A stretch of DNA of 64,000 bases, taken from sequence record HE978309; one strand, 5' to 3'. Positions 19,676-29,649 of the stretch are shown here, piece after piece; position 1 is the stretch's first letter; each line of letters begins with the position of its first letter. Source of the DNA: Enterobacteria phage GEC-3S. The notes under the pieces are model-generated. The model worked only from the letters and a program-made list of their open reading frames with translations. It ran no database searches and was not told where the DNA came from. A program made the position numbers and the translations under genes.

Positions 19676-20649
19676 TATACGAACTCCAATTCAACCATTA
19701 ATTGCATTAACAAAAAGACAATGTGAATCTCTTTATCAGCCGCGTGCGCAAACATCTGATTATTTTCACCGATAATCTCAGTGAGACGAATAATAGAAGC
19801 TGGCTTAACTTGAGTATACAACTCATTATAAAGTTTCTTGACAAATTGAGCGTATGTATTGGTATATCGCGGTGCAAGTTTACGTACATTAGCAAACTGT
19901 TTAGTTTTAAGTGCTTCCACCACATCGGTTACTTCGGTATTGCTACTTTCGATAACCATGCTCAATACGCCAGCATCAATTTTACCATGTTTAGCGTAGC
20001 GGTCCAAAAGTTTCATTACGCGTCGGAAGTCTGGGAAGTTCTGCTTAACCAGTTCCGCTAATACGCGCATTTCTTCTACTGGCACACCTTCTTTATCAAG
20101 AATTGCTTTACACCGGACGATCATTTCTTTCATCATGCGAAGCTGATCATCTTTAGTCGGAGATCCAAACGTGATGGGATCAAATCGAGATCGTAACGCT
20201 GGGATAATACCTTCTAGATCGTTTGCTGTGATAATGAATGTCACGTTGTTTGAGTATGCCTCAGAGAAACTACGCAAGTGTCTTTGAGCATCAGCTAGCC
20301 CCGCTCGGTCATACTCATCGATAATAACAACTTTGCCTTTTTCTCGTTTTTCTTCATCGAGTGATACACTCTGCGCAAAGCGTGTAATCTCATCGCGGAT
20401 AAAATCAATCTTACAATCTGCGCCGTTAACAAACAGATAATCAACACCCACATCTTCGCAAAGTGCCTTAGCAACGGTTGTTTTACCAGTACCCGGCGAT
20501 GGGCTATGCAGGATCATAGAAGGGATTCGGCCTTGCTTAACAATCTGCGCGAAGATCTTTTTATCTGCTTCCGGCAGAATACATTCAGAAATTGATTTCG
20601 GACGGTATTTCTGTTCCCACTGAAACTCATTTTCATTAACACTCAGCAT
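19675..20649 (-). CDS. 44: clamp loader large subunit (AAA+)
   Basis: 324 aa from ATG 20649 with SD GAGAGGTG; Walker A SPSPGTGKTT. Confidence 0.9.
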   Translation of the reverse strand: MLSVNENEFQWEQKYRPKSISECILPEADKKIFAQIVKQGRIPSMILHSPSPGTGKTTVAKALCEDVGVDYLFVNGADCKIDFIRDEITRFAQSVSLDEEKREKGKVVIIDEYDRAGLADAQRHLRSFSEAYSNNVTFIITANDLEGIIPALRSRFDPITFGSPTKDDQLRMMKEMIVRCKAILDKEGVPVEEMRVLAELVKQNFPDFRRVMKLLDRYAKHGKIDAGVLSMVIESSNTEVTDVVEALKTKQFANVRKLAPRYTNTYAQFVKKLYNELYTQVKPASIIRLTEIIGENNQMFAHAADKEIHIVFLLMQLMVELEFV

Positions 20650-20682
20650 ATAATCACCTCTCACAAATTACATCATTAAAAT

Positions 20683-20702
20683 GGGGAGTATTTACACTCC
20701 CC
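20683..20702 (-). other. hairpin GGGGAGU-N6-ACUCCCC between gp45 and gp44
   Basis: perfect 7-bp stem; same GGGRGTA/TACYCCC palindrome type seen at many promoters. Confidence 0.4.
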
Positions 20703-20714
20703 ACAAACATTATA

Positions 20715-21401
20715 TTAGTCGGTGTAGCTGGAGTCAAGGTCACACGCGATCATATAAGATACGGTTTCACTTGCCAGCCATACAGCCTTACGGCGAGTGA
20801 AGCTCAGTTTGTAATCGCCGAAGTCAGTAGCAACCAGTTTCATGTTATCTTTACGAATAAAGAAATGGAAGTCTGCGGTTCCGGTATATTCGCCCATATC
20901 AAGACAAAACATCTCATTAGGATTATTTTTGTCAATCTCTTCCCAACCTTTGATCATCAGACGACCATCAATCGGAAGAAATTCAAGGCGATCCACTTTA
21001 AGCTGATTGCTCATTTTCATAAGCTGTTTCAGATCGTCGTTGCTCAGTTCGTAATCTACATCGCTTGCAGGTGGAGTAACTCGGCCTTTCGGTGATACGA
21101 TAGCCGCAGCACTAGCACCAGGATAATTAATTTTCAGACGATCATTAGACACACGAATGTTTCCGGTTCGGTCATCAACCGTAATATCTGCTTCATCGCC
21201 TACCAGATTCAGAATACCCAGGAAAGAGTTAAGATCATAGATCCCAATTTCGTGTTCCAGTTCTTGATTCAGAGTCGCTTCACCATATACAACGTTTGTC
21301 ATGTTTTTGGTGATCAGGACGTTTCCTTTTTTCAGGATGATACCTGGGTTAATAGCGGAAAAGTTTTTCAGGGTAGCAATGGTTTCTTTAGTCAGTTTCA
21401 T
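20715..21401 (-). CDS. 45: sliding clamp
   Basis: 228 aa from ATG 21401 (MKLTKETIATLKNF...) with SD AAAGGTGA; track M1 is TTG. Confidence 0.85.
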   Translation of the reverse strand: MKLTKETIATLKNFSAINPGIILKKGNVLITKNMTNVVYGEATLNQELEHEIGIYDLNSFLGILNLVGDEADITVDDRTGNIRVSNDRLKINYPGASAAAIVSPKGRVTPPASDVDYELSNDDLKQLMKMSNQLKVDRLEFLPIDGRLMIKGWEEIDKNNPNEMFCLDMGEYTGTADFHFFIRKDNMKLVATDFGDYKLSFTRRKAVWLASETVSYMIACDLDSSYTD

Positions 21402-21431
21402 CAAATCACCTTTATCATGTTAATCAATTAA

Positions 21432-21809
21432 TTACGGGTTTACTTCGTGCTCATTTTGAATCTTTAGCATTCTTTCGATAAATTTTTTCTCGGCTTCCTT
21501 GTCGGATGAGTGAGTATACTTCAATCCAATGTAAGCTGTCAAGTATTGTTGCAGAGCATAGACAGTAACAGGATTCTTTGCGGTCTTTTTGCCATCGAGA
21601 TATACCAGATCACCACGAACATCAAACGCAAGTTTACGACGAATCACATCATCAACAAATTTATCTAGGACAAAATACCACTCAATACACTCTATCCCGT
21701 GACGGTAGTTCATTACATCATTATCTTTGATATAGTCAAACGGAATATGACATAATTTACTATTTTGTAGGATGAATAGCATTTGTTCTTTTAAGCTCAT
21801 ACGTTTCAT
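21432..21809 (-). CDS. hypothetical protein (about 125 aa; T4 rpbA position)
   Basis: start chosen at ATG 21809 with SD GGGAAGTGA; identity not established. Confidence 0.4.
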   Translation of the reverse strand: MKRMSLKEQMLFILQNSKLCHIPFDYIKDNDVMNYRHGIECIEWYFVLDKFVDDVIRRKLAFDVRGDLVYLDGKKTAKNPVTVYALQQYLTAYIGLKYTHSSDKEAEKKFIERMLKIQNEHEVNP

Positions 21810-21813
21810 TCTA

Positions 21814-22191
21814 TCACTTCCCATCAGCAATTGCGATCAGACGAGTTACTACTACGCTAGCGGCTTCAATCAGCAGTTCATCGGTGTCAATCTGATAACC
21901 CTTTTCGAGAATATCTTTACCTCGAATAGTTTTAGCGCCTTTAGCAATTGAATCATCGTAATACTTGCGCATTGTAGCGATCCATTCTTTTTGCACCATA
22001 TCATCAATATGCGCGTACAGTTCAAAACGTGCTTGCTGCGGGATAACCTTCATTTTAGCTTTCTCGCTTTCCGGCATTTGTAGTACCCACGCTTTACGGA
22101 TCTTGTTCATTGCTCGGTCAAATTCGAGGCTGGTTTTCTTGTTCTGAATGTCTGCTACAGTAATTTTAGCCAGGTTTGCGGAAGTAGTCAT
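21814..22191 (-). CDS. hypothetical protein (125 aa)
   Basis: ATG 22191 with SD GGAGA. Confidence 0.45.
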   Translation of the reverse strand: MTTSANLAKITVADIQNKKTSLEFDRAMNKIRKAWVLQMPESEKAKMKVIPQQARFELYAHIDDMVQKEWIATMRKYYDDSIAKGAKTIRGKDILEKGYQIDTDELLIEAASVVVTRLIAIADGK

Positions 22192-22221
22192 AATATTAAT
22201 CTCCAAAATAAAATCAGTATA

Positions 22222-22452
22222 TCACGTTCTAAAGTTTGTTGCAACCCCAGCATCAGGGTAATCAAGTTTATCTAAGTTGGGGACCAGCATAAACTCATGA
22301 TGACGACAAGACAACATTTTTGTTATGTCTTCATCGCTGTATATGCTGTTTTTCATATCCCCCATACTAACTACATATTCTTCACCGGAATATAGATTGA
22401 TTAAGGTATACAATTCTAACTCCGGCTGCGTTACTCTGTCAAATGTTAACAT
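22222..22452 (-). CDS. hypothetical protein (76 aa)
   Basis: ATG; overlaps gp46 stop. Confidence 0.45.
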   Translation of the reverse strand: MLTFDRVTQPELELYTLINLYSGEEYVVSMGDMKNSIYSDEDITKMLSCRHHEFMLVPNLDKLDYPDAGVATNFRT

Positions 22453-24121
22453 TCATTTCAGTGAATCGCCCACGTTTAACCATCTTGAGATGACGGCTAA
22501 AATCATCAGGGTTATGGTCACGATGGCTGATAATATACACGTTATCATCTAACTTGTCAATGATGGAATCAAGTGCTTTTACGCCTTGAACGTCCGTAGC
22601 CCCATCATAAATTTCGTCGAGTACCAACAAAGAAATATTAGTACCAGATACTTTACCAGCAACATCACGCCATGTAAAGAGCATCGCAAGGTCAATACGT
22701 GCTTTTTCGCCTTGACTGAATGATGTATACGAAAACGATTCACGCCCCCGTGATTTGATTGTTTCGTTAAACTCTTCATCTAGCGTAAAGATATAATCCG
22801 CTTCCATGATATCAAGATAATACGCAATCCGATCATTGAAATATGGAATATATTTCTTGACGATAGACGCCTTAACACCGGAATCCTTCAACATTTCTGT
22901 TACAAATCCACGGTGATATTTTTCAAGAACTAGCTTTGATTTTTCATTAGTAATCTCTACCAGTTCGTGTTCCAGTTTAGCAAGTTCTTCGGAATTGTCA
23001 ACCCTTTCTTTTTGGAATTCCTGAATTGCTTTCTGGATCTGTTTAGCCCGACCTACAGATGCCGTTAAATTCGCTCTCTGTGACTCTATAGCGCGTTTAA
23101 TTTCCAAGACCTTAGTTTGTGCTGTCTGGAAAGAATTGGCCTTCTCTGCGTATTCTACGCGTTTCTCGTCAATCAGAGACAGTTTATGTTCTGCTTGTGC
23201 TTTTTGTTCGCGTACAGCTTGATCATTACCTTGAATGATCGGTTGTGTGCACGTAGGACAGATCCCGCCTTTCTCATGCATATGAATAACGCGGTCAAAG
23301 TTCTGGATCTGCGCACCAATCTGTGCGATAGCCGTATTAATTTTAGCCAATGCCGCGCTAGGATCTTCCGGCATAACAACAGCCAATAGCTCATCGGTTA
23401 AGCGCGTTTCTTCGGCTTTAAATGCTTTAGCCGATTCTACCTCTTTATCATACATATTCTGTAAACGCTGGAGATTCTCGGCACTCGCCTTGCTAGCGTC
23501 TTCTATGTACTTTTTATGAGTGTTGATTTGTTGCTGAACGTGATTAGCTTTCATTTCCTGCATTTGGATATTCTGGGTAATCTCGCGCACATACGCTTTA
23601 TTCAGTTTATCCATTTCGCCTAGTGTAGCAATATCAAGCAAATCCTCGACCAGTTTACGGCGACCCGCTGCCGGAAGACTCATAAACGGAACATAACCAG
23701 CAGTGCCTAAAACAACGATCTGTTTAAAGCTGGCTAGGTTCATGCCTATGATACCTTCAAAATATTCCTGAAAGTCTTTGGTGCTTGCGCTCTCGTCGAT
23801 CTTTTGACCGTCTCGATGCACTTCGAATACTTCCGGCTTTTGTCCACGTTTAATATAAAATTCTTTCCCGTCCAGTTCAAACCAGACTTCGACTAACAGT
23901 TTCTTTTTGTTGACGCTGTTAATCAATTGGCCTTTCTTGATACTACGAAACGGTTTACCGAACAACACAAAGCAAAGCGCCTCGATCATGGTCGATTTAC
24001 CAGCACCGTTAACACCAGTGATTAGCGTCTTTTTGAATCCGTCTAGCTGAATCTCAACAGGTTCAGCACCCACGCTCATTATATTTTGATAGCGCAAGGT
24101 TTTAAAATTTAACTTTGCCAT
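22439..24121 (-). CDS. 46: recombination endonuclease subunit (Rad50/SbcC-like)
   Basis: 560 aa from ATG 24121 with SD GGAGTGG; Walker A GVNGAGKST, long coiled coil, C-terminal LVLDEIYDG. Confidence 0.9.
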   Translation of the reverse strand: MAKLNFKTLRYQNIMSVGAEPVEIQLDGFKKTLITGVNGAGKSTMIEALCFVLFGKPFRSIKKGQLINSVNKKKLLVEVWFELDGKEFYIKRGQKPEVFEVHRDGQKIDESASTKDFQEYFEGIIGMNLASFKQIVVLGTAGYVPFMSLPAAGRRKLVEDLLDIATLGEMDKLNKAYVREITQNIQMQEMKANHVQQQINTHKKYIEDASKASAENLQRLQNMYDKEVESAKAFKAEETRLTDELLAVVMPEDPSAALAKINTAIAQIGAQIQNFDRVIHMHEKGGICPTCTQPIIQGNDQAVREQKAQAEHKLSLIDEKRVEYAEKANSFQTAQTKVLEIKRAIESQRANLTASVGRAKQIQKAIQEFQKERVDNSEELAKLEHELVEITNEKSKLVLEKYHRGFVTEMLKDSGVKASIVKKYIPYFNDRIAYYLDIMEADYIFTLDEEFNETIKSRGRESFSYTSFSQGEKARIDLAMLFTWRDVAGKVSGTNISLLVLDEIYDGATDVQGVKALDSIIDKLDDNVYIISHRDHNPDDFSRHLKMVKRGRFTEMNVNI

Positions 24122-24365
24122 TAATCCACTCCGCAATCACACATTCCATAATATTAAATGCTAACACATCTTCATCAATGTTGTAAACACTTGCCGCCTT
24201 CACTTTAACTAGTGTGTCTCTGCGATCTGGCAGCATGATCACATAATCCAGTGTCGCAGGATCATATGTCATAAAGGGATCAACATAAATCCCTTTATTC
24301 AATGCCAGATATTCGCGAAGACCTTCTATAACCCTGTGTCTAAGGTAGGTCATCGATAGAATCAT
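24102..24365 (-). CDS. hypothetical protein (87 aa)
   Basis: ATGA overlap with upstream gene. Confidence 0.5.
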   Translation of the reverse strand: MILSMTYLRHRVIEGLREYLALNKGIYVDPFMTYDPATLDYVIMLPDRRDTLVKVKAASVYNIDEDVLAFNIMECVIAEWINGKVKF

Positions 24366-24922
24366 TTTAGTTTATGTTCCTCTAAAAATTCTTCAATTTC
24401 ACCTTGCAGGTCTTCCGCTTGCTGTTCCAGAATATCGCGAAATTCACCTACAGTCAAGCGGTGATCACATTTCACCAGACGATGTGGGAGAATATACCCT
24501 TTATACATTGTCTCTGACGCTTCCAGGAATACCCCACTATGCATGACAGAGATCCAACCTGTTAACGTCAATGGAGTATTCGGAAAATAATACTGGCTGG
24601 ATTGTTTCCACTGGACGAAAGCACCATACACAATAGGATTATATTCACCAACCACACTCTTAATAATGGATTCTACTTTGTCTTTTACAAAGTCGCCAAT
24701 GTCCATAGTTATCATCAACTCTTTTGGATTAATGATTTTAAGGTAACGACGGTAGCCGTCATCATACCACATCTTAACAACTGACCGATCAATATTCGCT
24801 TTCAGATAGCCATAGATCGGATTCTTGTAATATGATTGTTTTAGTGTGTATGTGTGCACCAATTTAATAAAATGTTCCATTACCAACAAATCAGAATCAG
24901 CCGCGACCATAGTCGTATTCAT
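24362..24922 (-). CDS. hypothetical protein (186 aa)
   Basis: start chosen at ATG 24922 with SD GAGGAA. Confidence 0.45.
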   Translation of the reverse strand: MNTTMVAADSDLLVMEHFIKLVHTYTLKQSYYKNPIYGYLKANIDRSVVKMWYDDGYRRYLKIINPKELMITMDIGDFVKDKVESIIKSVVGEYNPIVYGAFVQWKQSSQYYFPNTPLTLTGWISVMHSGVFLEASETMYKGYILPHRLVKCDHRLTVGEFRDILEQQAEDLQGEIEEFLEEHKLK

Positions 24923-25214
24923 AATATGTTCCTCGTTCAATCTCATATTGTTTCAGGTCTTCTAAAAGTTCATCCACTGCTTGTTTCAGCACATGACGCA
25001 GCGTAAAGTAATAGCTTTCATCAAATTCTATTTCCGCGCGAGGAATAGAACGAAACTTACACTTAACAGTAGTATCGGTGAGTCGCTTTTCGACCATCAT
25101 CCGAACTTCTTCATGCTCTTTGGAATACCATACATCAACGGAGATCCCCTTGCGTCGAGCAAACATAGGCAACGCTGCATTAAATTCCATTACTTTTTGT
25201 GCAAGTGTTTTCAT
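24897..25214 (-). CDS. hypothetical protein (105 aa)
   Basis: ATG; ATGA overlap. Confidence 0.5.
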   Translation of the reverse strand: MKTLAQKVMEFNAALPMFARRKGISVDVWYSKEHEEVRMMVEKRLTDTTVKCKFRSIPRAEIEFDESYYFTLRHVLKQAVDELLEDLKQYEIERGTYYEYDYGRG

Positions 25215-25462
25215 CGTACAGACCCCATAGATCCACGCGCAATAACATTCTGGGTAATATCAGCAACCTTACGGGATACGATGTTTGTTAGCCCCTCTTT
25301 GGTGATATTTTCACGATCAAATGGGATTTCGTCATGAGTCCACAAACCATAGTTAGACCGAAATGATAGCATATACTGACCATCTCGCACAACCTCAAAT
25401 ACATGGATCTTAGTGAATTTCGATAAACCTTCGTTGATTTCTTTCAGTGCATTAGTAATCAT
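25211..25462 (-). CDS. hypothetical protein (83 aa)
   Basis: ATG 25462 with SD GGAGG. Confidence 0.5.
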   Translation of the reverse strand: MITNALKEINEGLSKFTKIHVFEVVRDGQYMLSFRSNYGLWTHDEIPFDRENITKEGLTNIVSRKVADITQNVIARGSMGSVR

Positions 25463-25487
25463 AACAACCTCCAATCAATTTTTAGAG

Positions 25488-25516
25488 AGTATAACGGGGA
25501 TTTCTCCCCGCGTCAA
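25488..25516 (-). promoter_or_regulatory. early promoter (TTGACG-N17-TATACT); spacer is palindrome CGGGGA-GAAA-TCCCCG
   Basis: immediately after gp47 stop. Confidence 0.5.
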
Positions 25517-26542
25517 CTAACTTTTTGCGCTATTTACTTCGGCTAAAAGTTCATCAGAAATACGCTTGACCGCCGCAAGTTCTTCCGGTTCTAGGTTTTG
25601 TTCTTCCAGATATTCATAGACCATCTGAATAGTGCTTTTAACTTCAATAACACCTGTTTCCTGTGATGCGCTACTCTCCAGCTTATGGACCACTTTTAGC
25701 TTGTGTACAACGGCCTCTAACGCGCTTTCTAACTTACTTAACCCATTATCAGCAACCGTTGCGATAAGACGCACACTAAGCCCCTTAAAGCGTTCTACAT
25801 CGATTTTATCATCTGACGGGTAAGTGATACGCACATGATAAGTTTTATCATTCTGGATAAACTCTTTTTTGTGTGTATCGGTATCGAATACCCAAAAACC
25901 ACGCGGATCGTTTTCGTCACCCGCCGTTAGTGTGTATGGTGTACCAATATACGTTACGTTACCGCCATCGCTGATAGTATGAAAATGACCAGAAAACACT
26001 TCACGGTATTTCTTGAGGAAGTCCGCACTATAACCTTCGGATTTTAGCCCTTTATAGAAATAGTAACCGGACAATTCCCAATGGCCTACACAATATTCGC
26101 TGAATGAGTTTTGAATAAACTCTAAAATCTCTGATTTGTTATCATCACAAAACCACGGGAACAGATCAAATGATACACCATCAAAGGTAACTGTTTCCGG
26201 CTTATCAATAACTTTAATACAATCATACTGGCTTAACACTTCACGCGGTGCGTTAGGCTGGATCTTGTTTCGTTTAAACATATCATGATTTCCGACCGTG
26301 ATATAACAAGTAATACCAGCCTCTTCCAGTAGCGGGATGACCTTAGTACGGTTAAATTTCATTGTTTCATGAGTTATCGCCTTGCGGCAATCAAACCAAT
26401 CCCCTGTTTGAATCCATGTCTTAATATTATGCTCTTTGGAGTATTCAACCGCTTTCTTGATGGTATCAAGAATATACTCATGCACCCACGGATCATCGCC
26501 ACCGATACCAGTATGCAGATCACCTAAAAGCAAAATTTTCAT
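25517..26542 (-). CDS. 47: recombination endonuclease subunit (Mre11/SbcD-like)
   Basis: 341 aa; calcineurin-type phosphoesterase motifs GDLH, GDWFD, GNHD. Confidence 0.9.
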   Translation of the reverse strand: MKILLLGDLHTGIGGDDPWVHEYILDTIKKAVEYSKEHNIKTWIQTGDWFDCRKAITHETMKFNRTKVIPLLEEAGITCYITVGNHDMFKRNKIQPNAPREVLSQYDCIKVIDKPETVTFDGVSFDLFPWFCDDNKSEILEFIQNSFSEYCVGHWELSGYYFYKGLKSEGYSADFLKKYREVFSGHFHTISDGGNVTYIGTPYTLTAGDENDPRGFWVFDTDTHKKEFIQNDKTYHVRITYPSDDKIDVERFKGLSVRLIATVADNGLSKLESALEAVVHKLKVVHKLESSASQETGVIEVKSTIQMVYEYLEEQNLEPEELAAVKRISDELLAEVNSAKS

Positions 26543-26594
26543 AGTCTCTTCCTCTCTTCGTTTTCGATGCTCTCACTATATCACATAAAAATAA

Positions 26595-26610
26595 AAAGGG
26601 AAACCCCTTT
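26595..26610 (-). terminator. intrinsic terminator
   Basis: AAAGGG-GUUU-CCCUUU followed by UUAUUUUU on minus strand. Confidence 0.5.
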
Positions 26611-26632
26611 CAGAGTCTCCCTTATAAAGCCA

Positions 26633-26920
26633 TTACAGCATACTTAATACCGTTTGCCGTGTACTAATCCACATAGCAGAAAGCAGTTCTGGCGTGTGTG
26701 GCTGTTTGTAGATATCACGTAACTTTCCGATAGCGTAGATATACGCATCACGGTTATCATCGATGATAGCTTGTTCAGCCCACCGCTTAAGGCGTGCAAT
26801 CTCTCGCGAGTTCTTACGCAAGATCTTTTCCGCTTTCTTAGCGGCTTTAGCCTCTAGTTCTGCTTGTACTTTGTCTACTTCATTCACTGCAATCTGGTCA
26901 TGCTGTTCATCGTAAGTCAT
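26633..26920 (-). CDS. hypothetical protein (95 aa)
   Basis: ATG 26920 with SD GGAAGGAAA; track start is TTG. Confidence 0.45.
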   Translation of the reverse strand: MTYDEQHDQIAVNEVDKVQAELEAKAAKKAEKILRKNSREIARLKRWAEQAIIDDNRDAYIYAIGKLRDIYKQPHTPELLSAMWISTRQTVLSML

Positions 26921-26921
26921 G

Positions 26922-27155
26922 TTATTTTCCTTCCGGGATATAGTCAATTATTAAAGAAAATTCATCTTCTGATACATTATAGCTATGTGAGATTGTACCC
27001 GTAAAGACCTCAAGATCCGGTGATTTGATATTGCACGGATCGATAATCACCGGAACGCCGCAATCTCTCAAAAATAATTTGGCGAAATACGGCACAAGGT
27101 CAGTTTCAAACTCTGCTTCTTCCAGCAAACGGGAAATGTTAATTTTCAATCTCAT
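26922..27155 (-). CDS. hypothetical protein (77 aa)
   Basis: ATG; overlaps gp55 stop. Confidence 0.45.
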   Translation of the reverse strand: MRLKINISRLLEEAEFETDLVPYFAKLFLRDCGVPVIIDPCNIKSPDLEVFTGTISHSYNVSEDEFSLIIDYIPEGK

Positions 27156-27672
27156 AAAATTGGTCCAGGCTAGGCAATTCCTCGGTTAATACATCTTCAA
27201 CCTTTGGCGCTTTCGGTTTATTGACCGATTCCTCGTAGTTGTTGATTTTATCGTAAATGTCCTGTATGAATGCCTCATCAGCAATCTGGCACATATCAGC
27301 GTCGCGTTCGTCATATACATGATGCACAAAATATTTGTATTTTGCGGCTGTCGCTGTTCTTTCTTTTTTAATGCGCTGCACAAAAGCATTAAAGCACGCT
27401 TGCGTGATGTAAGCATGAGGATTTTTATACTTTGTCTCGTCAAAATTAATCAAACCCTTGACCGCCGCTTCGATTCCGTCGTCGATCATTTCTTCGCGCC
27501 ATGTTTGACTATAACCAGAAAAGTTAAAACGCCGTGATAGATTTTTAGAGATTTGCATAATTGCCAGGCCGATTTGATCGCTCATTGGAACTTGCCGACC
27601 TTCTGCTGCAATTTGTTGTTTCCAACGGCAAATTTCTTCGTAAAGCTCTTTATTGTTTACATAATCAGACAC
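27139..27672 (-). CDS. 55: late-transcription sigma factor
   Basis: 177 aa; long blocks matching T4 gp55 ([29 protein letters not shown]); only in-frame start is GTG with SD GAGGGTG. Confidence 0.9.
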   Translation of the reverse strand: MSDYVNNKELYEEICRWKQQIAAEGRQVPMSDQIGLAIMQISKNLSRRFNFSGYSQTWREEMIDDGIEAAVKGLINFDETKYKNPHAYITQACFNAFVQRIKKERTATAAKYKYFVHHVYDERDADMCQIADEAFIQDIYDKINNYEESVNKPKAPKVEDVLTEELPSLDQFYEIEN

Positions 27673-27697
27673 TTCGCACCCTCGCTATTATTTAGGA

Positions 27698-27717
27698 AAT
27701 AACCCTTTCGGGCTATT
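27698..27717 (-). other. RNA hairpin with GAAA tetraloop spanning the stop codon of the 489-aa gene
   Basis: AAUAGCCC-GAAA-GGGUUAUU on the minus-strand transcript only; no U-tract. Confidence 0.4.
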
Positions 27718-29182
27718 CCCCATTGCCATTATACTTTCTTTGCTTAGTTATCCACACTCTAACCATCTCTACTGATTCACCGTCAGACGGATCAAGAGTT
27801 TTTCCTTTTTTCTTCATGCGGTACTTAAATCCGTTAAATCTTGCATTCTCTTGCTCGTTAAAGTCGAACATCTTTTTAAATGATTTTCGCCCTTTACGCT
27901 CACCGCATTCTAGCGGAATCATTCGGTCTGTTATTACATTGGCATTAGGTAGAAACGTTTTTAGATAATCCACCAACGCCCAATCAGGAACATATAGATT
28001 AACATTCTCCTTGCTCTCGTTGTCTCTCAGGTTACAACGCAAACATAATTGAAATGCTGGTTCCAGATAATCAGACACATGACGCGCTTTCAAAAACTCG
28101 TTTGTCGGGAGATCGCAACTATTAGCAAGACCTTTTAAAATATCAATCTCCCATCGTTGAGGGTTAAAGCTGAACATCACAGCAACATTTTTATGATGAA
28201 TGTAAGAGTTAAGACCATAAGATCCGTAAGGTATCCGCTCACCAATACCATTTGTGCACGCTTCACGGTCCCGATTCACGGTATAAATGAAGTCATCACC
28301 ACATTCATTTTTAACCATATCAACAAGACGTTCAAAGGTATTGTTTGTTTCTGACTGGTGACGCGACCATCGTTCAGAGTCCGTCATAAGGATGATATTA
28401 ACTCTATCTGTATTTTTATACTCTTTGAAATATAGTCTGGATTCTAGCGCACTCGGAACAAAATCGCAATTTGCATAGTATCGTAGATACTTCCCACTAT
28501 ATGTATCAAAGAGATTTGCACATGCTATCGTAACCTTTTTAAAGTCTCCCCACGTACCGTGTTTGTTATCGTTCAAGAAAACAATTTTCGACCCATTCTT
28601 CCGGTGTCCTTCGTTATGTTTTACCATAACGTTGATTTTCTTCTCTAATAACGCCTCATAAAGCCCTCTAAGAGAAGAATCGATCATATCAGTACCATCC
28701 TTTGCACTTTCTATCTTTTCTTTGATAGCGGCCTTCTCAGAGTCTTTTAGAACTAAGTTCTGTAGGCATTCCGATTCGTCGGCGATTGGTTCGCAATGCT
28801 TCGTGATAAGTTCAAGATTAGACTTAAACGGATACTCATTAAATTCAACCAGTTGAGGAACTTCATCAATGTAAAGAGCATATTCACCAAACATTTTTGA
28901 ACGTTCCATATTAGATAACGCTGTATGTGTAATGAATATCACATCAGCACCGTCTTTAACTGATTGCATTATCGACGCTTGCACTGTCTTAAGGCTTCTT
29001 AGTCTTGTGCTATCAATCAAGACAGCACGACCGCCCATTCTTTTAAACTTATTGTAAGATTGTTCACTTAAAACACGAGATGGCGAAGCAATAACCGCTT
29101 TTTCTTTTGTCTCTAGGACGTGGGAAAGTATAGCATCAGTTTTCCCCGCCGCTGGCAATGCGATTAATGTTTCAATCTTCAT
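27713..29182 (-). CDS. uncharacterised P-loop NTPase (489 aa)
   Basis: ATG with TAATG overlap to upstream gene; Walker A ALPAAGKT at residues 9-16, Walker B-like LYIDEV near residue 105; large Cys/His-containing C-terminal region of unknown fold. Confidence 0.6.
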   Translation of the reverse strand: MKIETLIALPAAGKTDAILSHVLETKEKAVIASPSRVLSEQSYNKFKRMGGRAVLIDSTRLRSLKTVQASIMQSVKDGADVIFITHTALSNMERSKMFGEYALYIDEVPQLVEFNEYPFKSNLELITKHCEPIADESECLQNLVLKDSEKAAIKEKIESAKDGTDMIDSSLRGLYEALLEKKINVMVKHNEGHRKNGSKIVFLNDNKHGTWGDFKKVTIACANLFDTYSGKYLRYYANCDFVPSALESRLYFKEYKNTDRVNIILMTDSERWSRHQSETNNTFERLVDMVKNECGDDFIYTVNRDREACTNGIGERIPYGSYGLNSYIHHKNVAVMFSFNPQRWEIDILKGLANSCDLPTNEFLKARHVSDYLEPAFQLCLRCNLRDNESKENVNLYVPDWALVDYLKTFLPNANVITDRMIPLECGERKGRKSFKKMFDFNEQENARFNGFKYRMKKKGKTLDPSDGESVEMVRVWITKQRKYNGNGE

Positions 29183-29469
29183 TAGAAACCCTTACGTCGT
29201 GCTTTCTGGCATTTCTTGATCATTTTATCAGAAATTTCGCGCTTAGGTGCAATCTCTTTCACACCGAAAGCACTAATGCCAAATTCAGAGAGAATGTATT
29301 CAACCAACAATTCACGCACACGCGCTTTACCGATATTCACGCCGTTATTTTTCAGATATGTCTGGCCTTCGACTTGCATCAGATCTAAATCTGCGTCGGT
29401 AATATTGATTTCTTCCATGCGCCCAAATCGAGAATAAACCATGTGTGCGATTGCATTGTGTACTAACAT
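29182..29469 (-). CDS. hypothetical protein (95 aa)
   Basis: ATG 29469 with SD GAGGAA; stop overlaps start of the NTPase. Confidence 0.5.
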   Translation of the reverse strand: MLVHNAIAHMVYSRFGRMEEINITDADLDLMQVEGQTYLKNNGVNIGKARVRELLVEYILSEFGISAFGVKEIAPKREISDKMIKKCQKARRKGF

Positions 29470-29490
29470 AATATATTCCTCACTCAAGAA

Positions 29491-29649
29491 TTACTTAATG
29501 ATACTTACTTTACCAGATCCATGACAATGAGCGCAACACCCATCACCACGCAATCCTGTTCCGTTACAGTGTTTACACTTCTTCAACGGTAAAGCCATTA
29601 TAGCAAATAAAGCAATAATGAACACCGAAACTAAATTCTCAATAATCAT
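29491..29649 (-). CDS. small membrane-anchored zinc-finger protein (52 aa) with two CxxCxGxG motifs
   Basis: hand-read MIIENLVSVFIIALFAIMALPLKKCKHCNGTGLRGDGCCAHCHGSGKVSIIK; start overlaps end of NrdH-like gene; not in track. Confidence 0.4.
   Translation of the reverse strand: MIIENLVSVFIIALFAIMALPLKKCKHCNGTGLRGDGCCAHCHGSGKVSIIK

Noticed and set aside
27713-29182. Calling the 489-aa P-loop protein a polynucleotide kinase or RNA ligase
   Set aside because: The N-terminal Walker A position resembles T4 Pnk, but no HAD phosphatase motif (DxDGT) or ligase KxDG motif is present; left as an uncharacterised NTPase.
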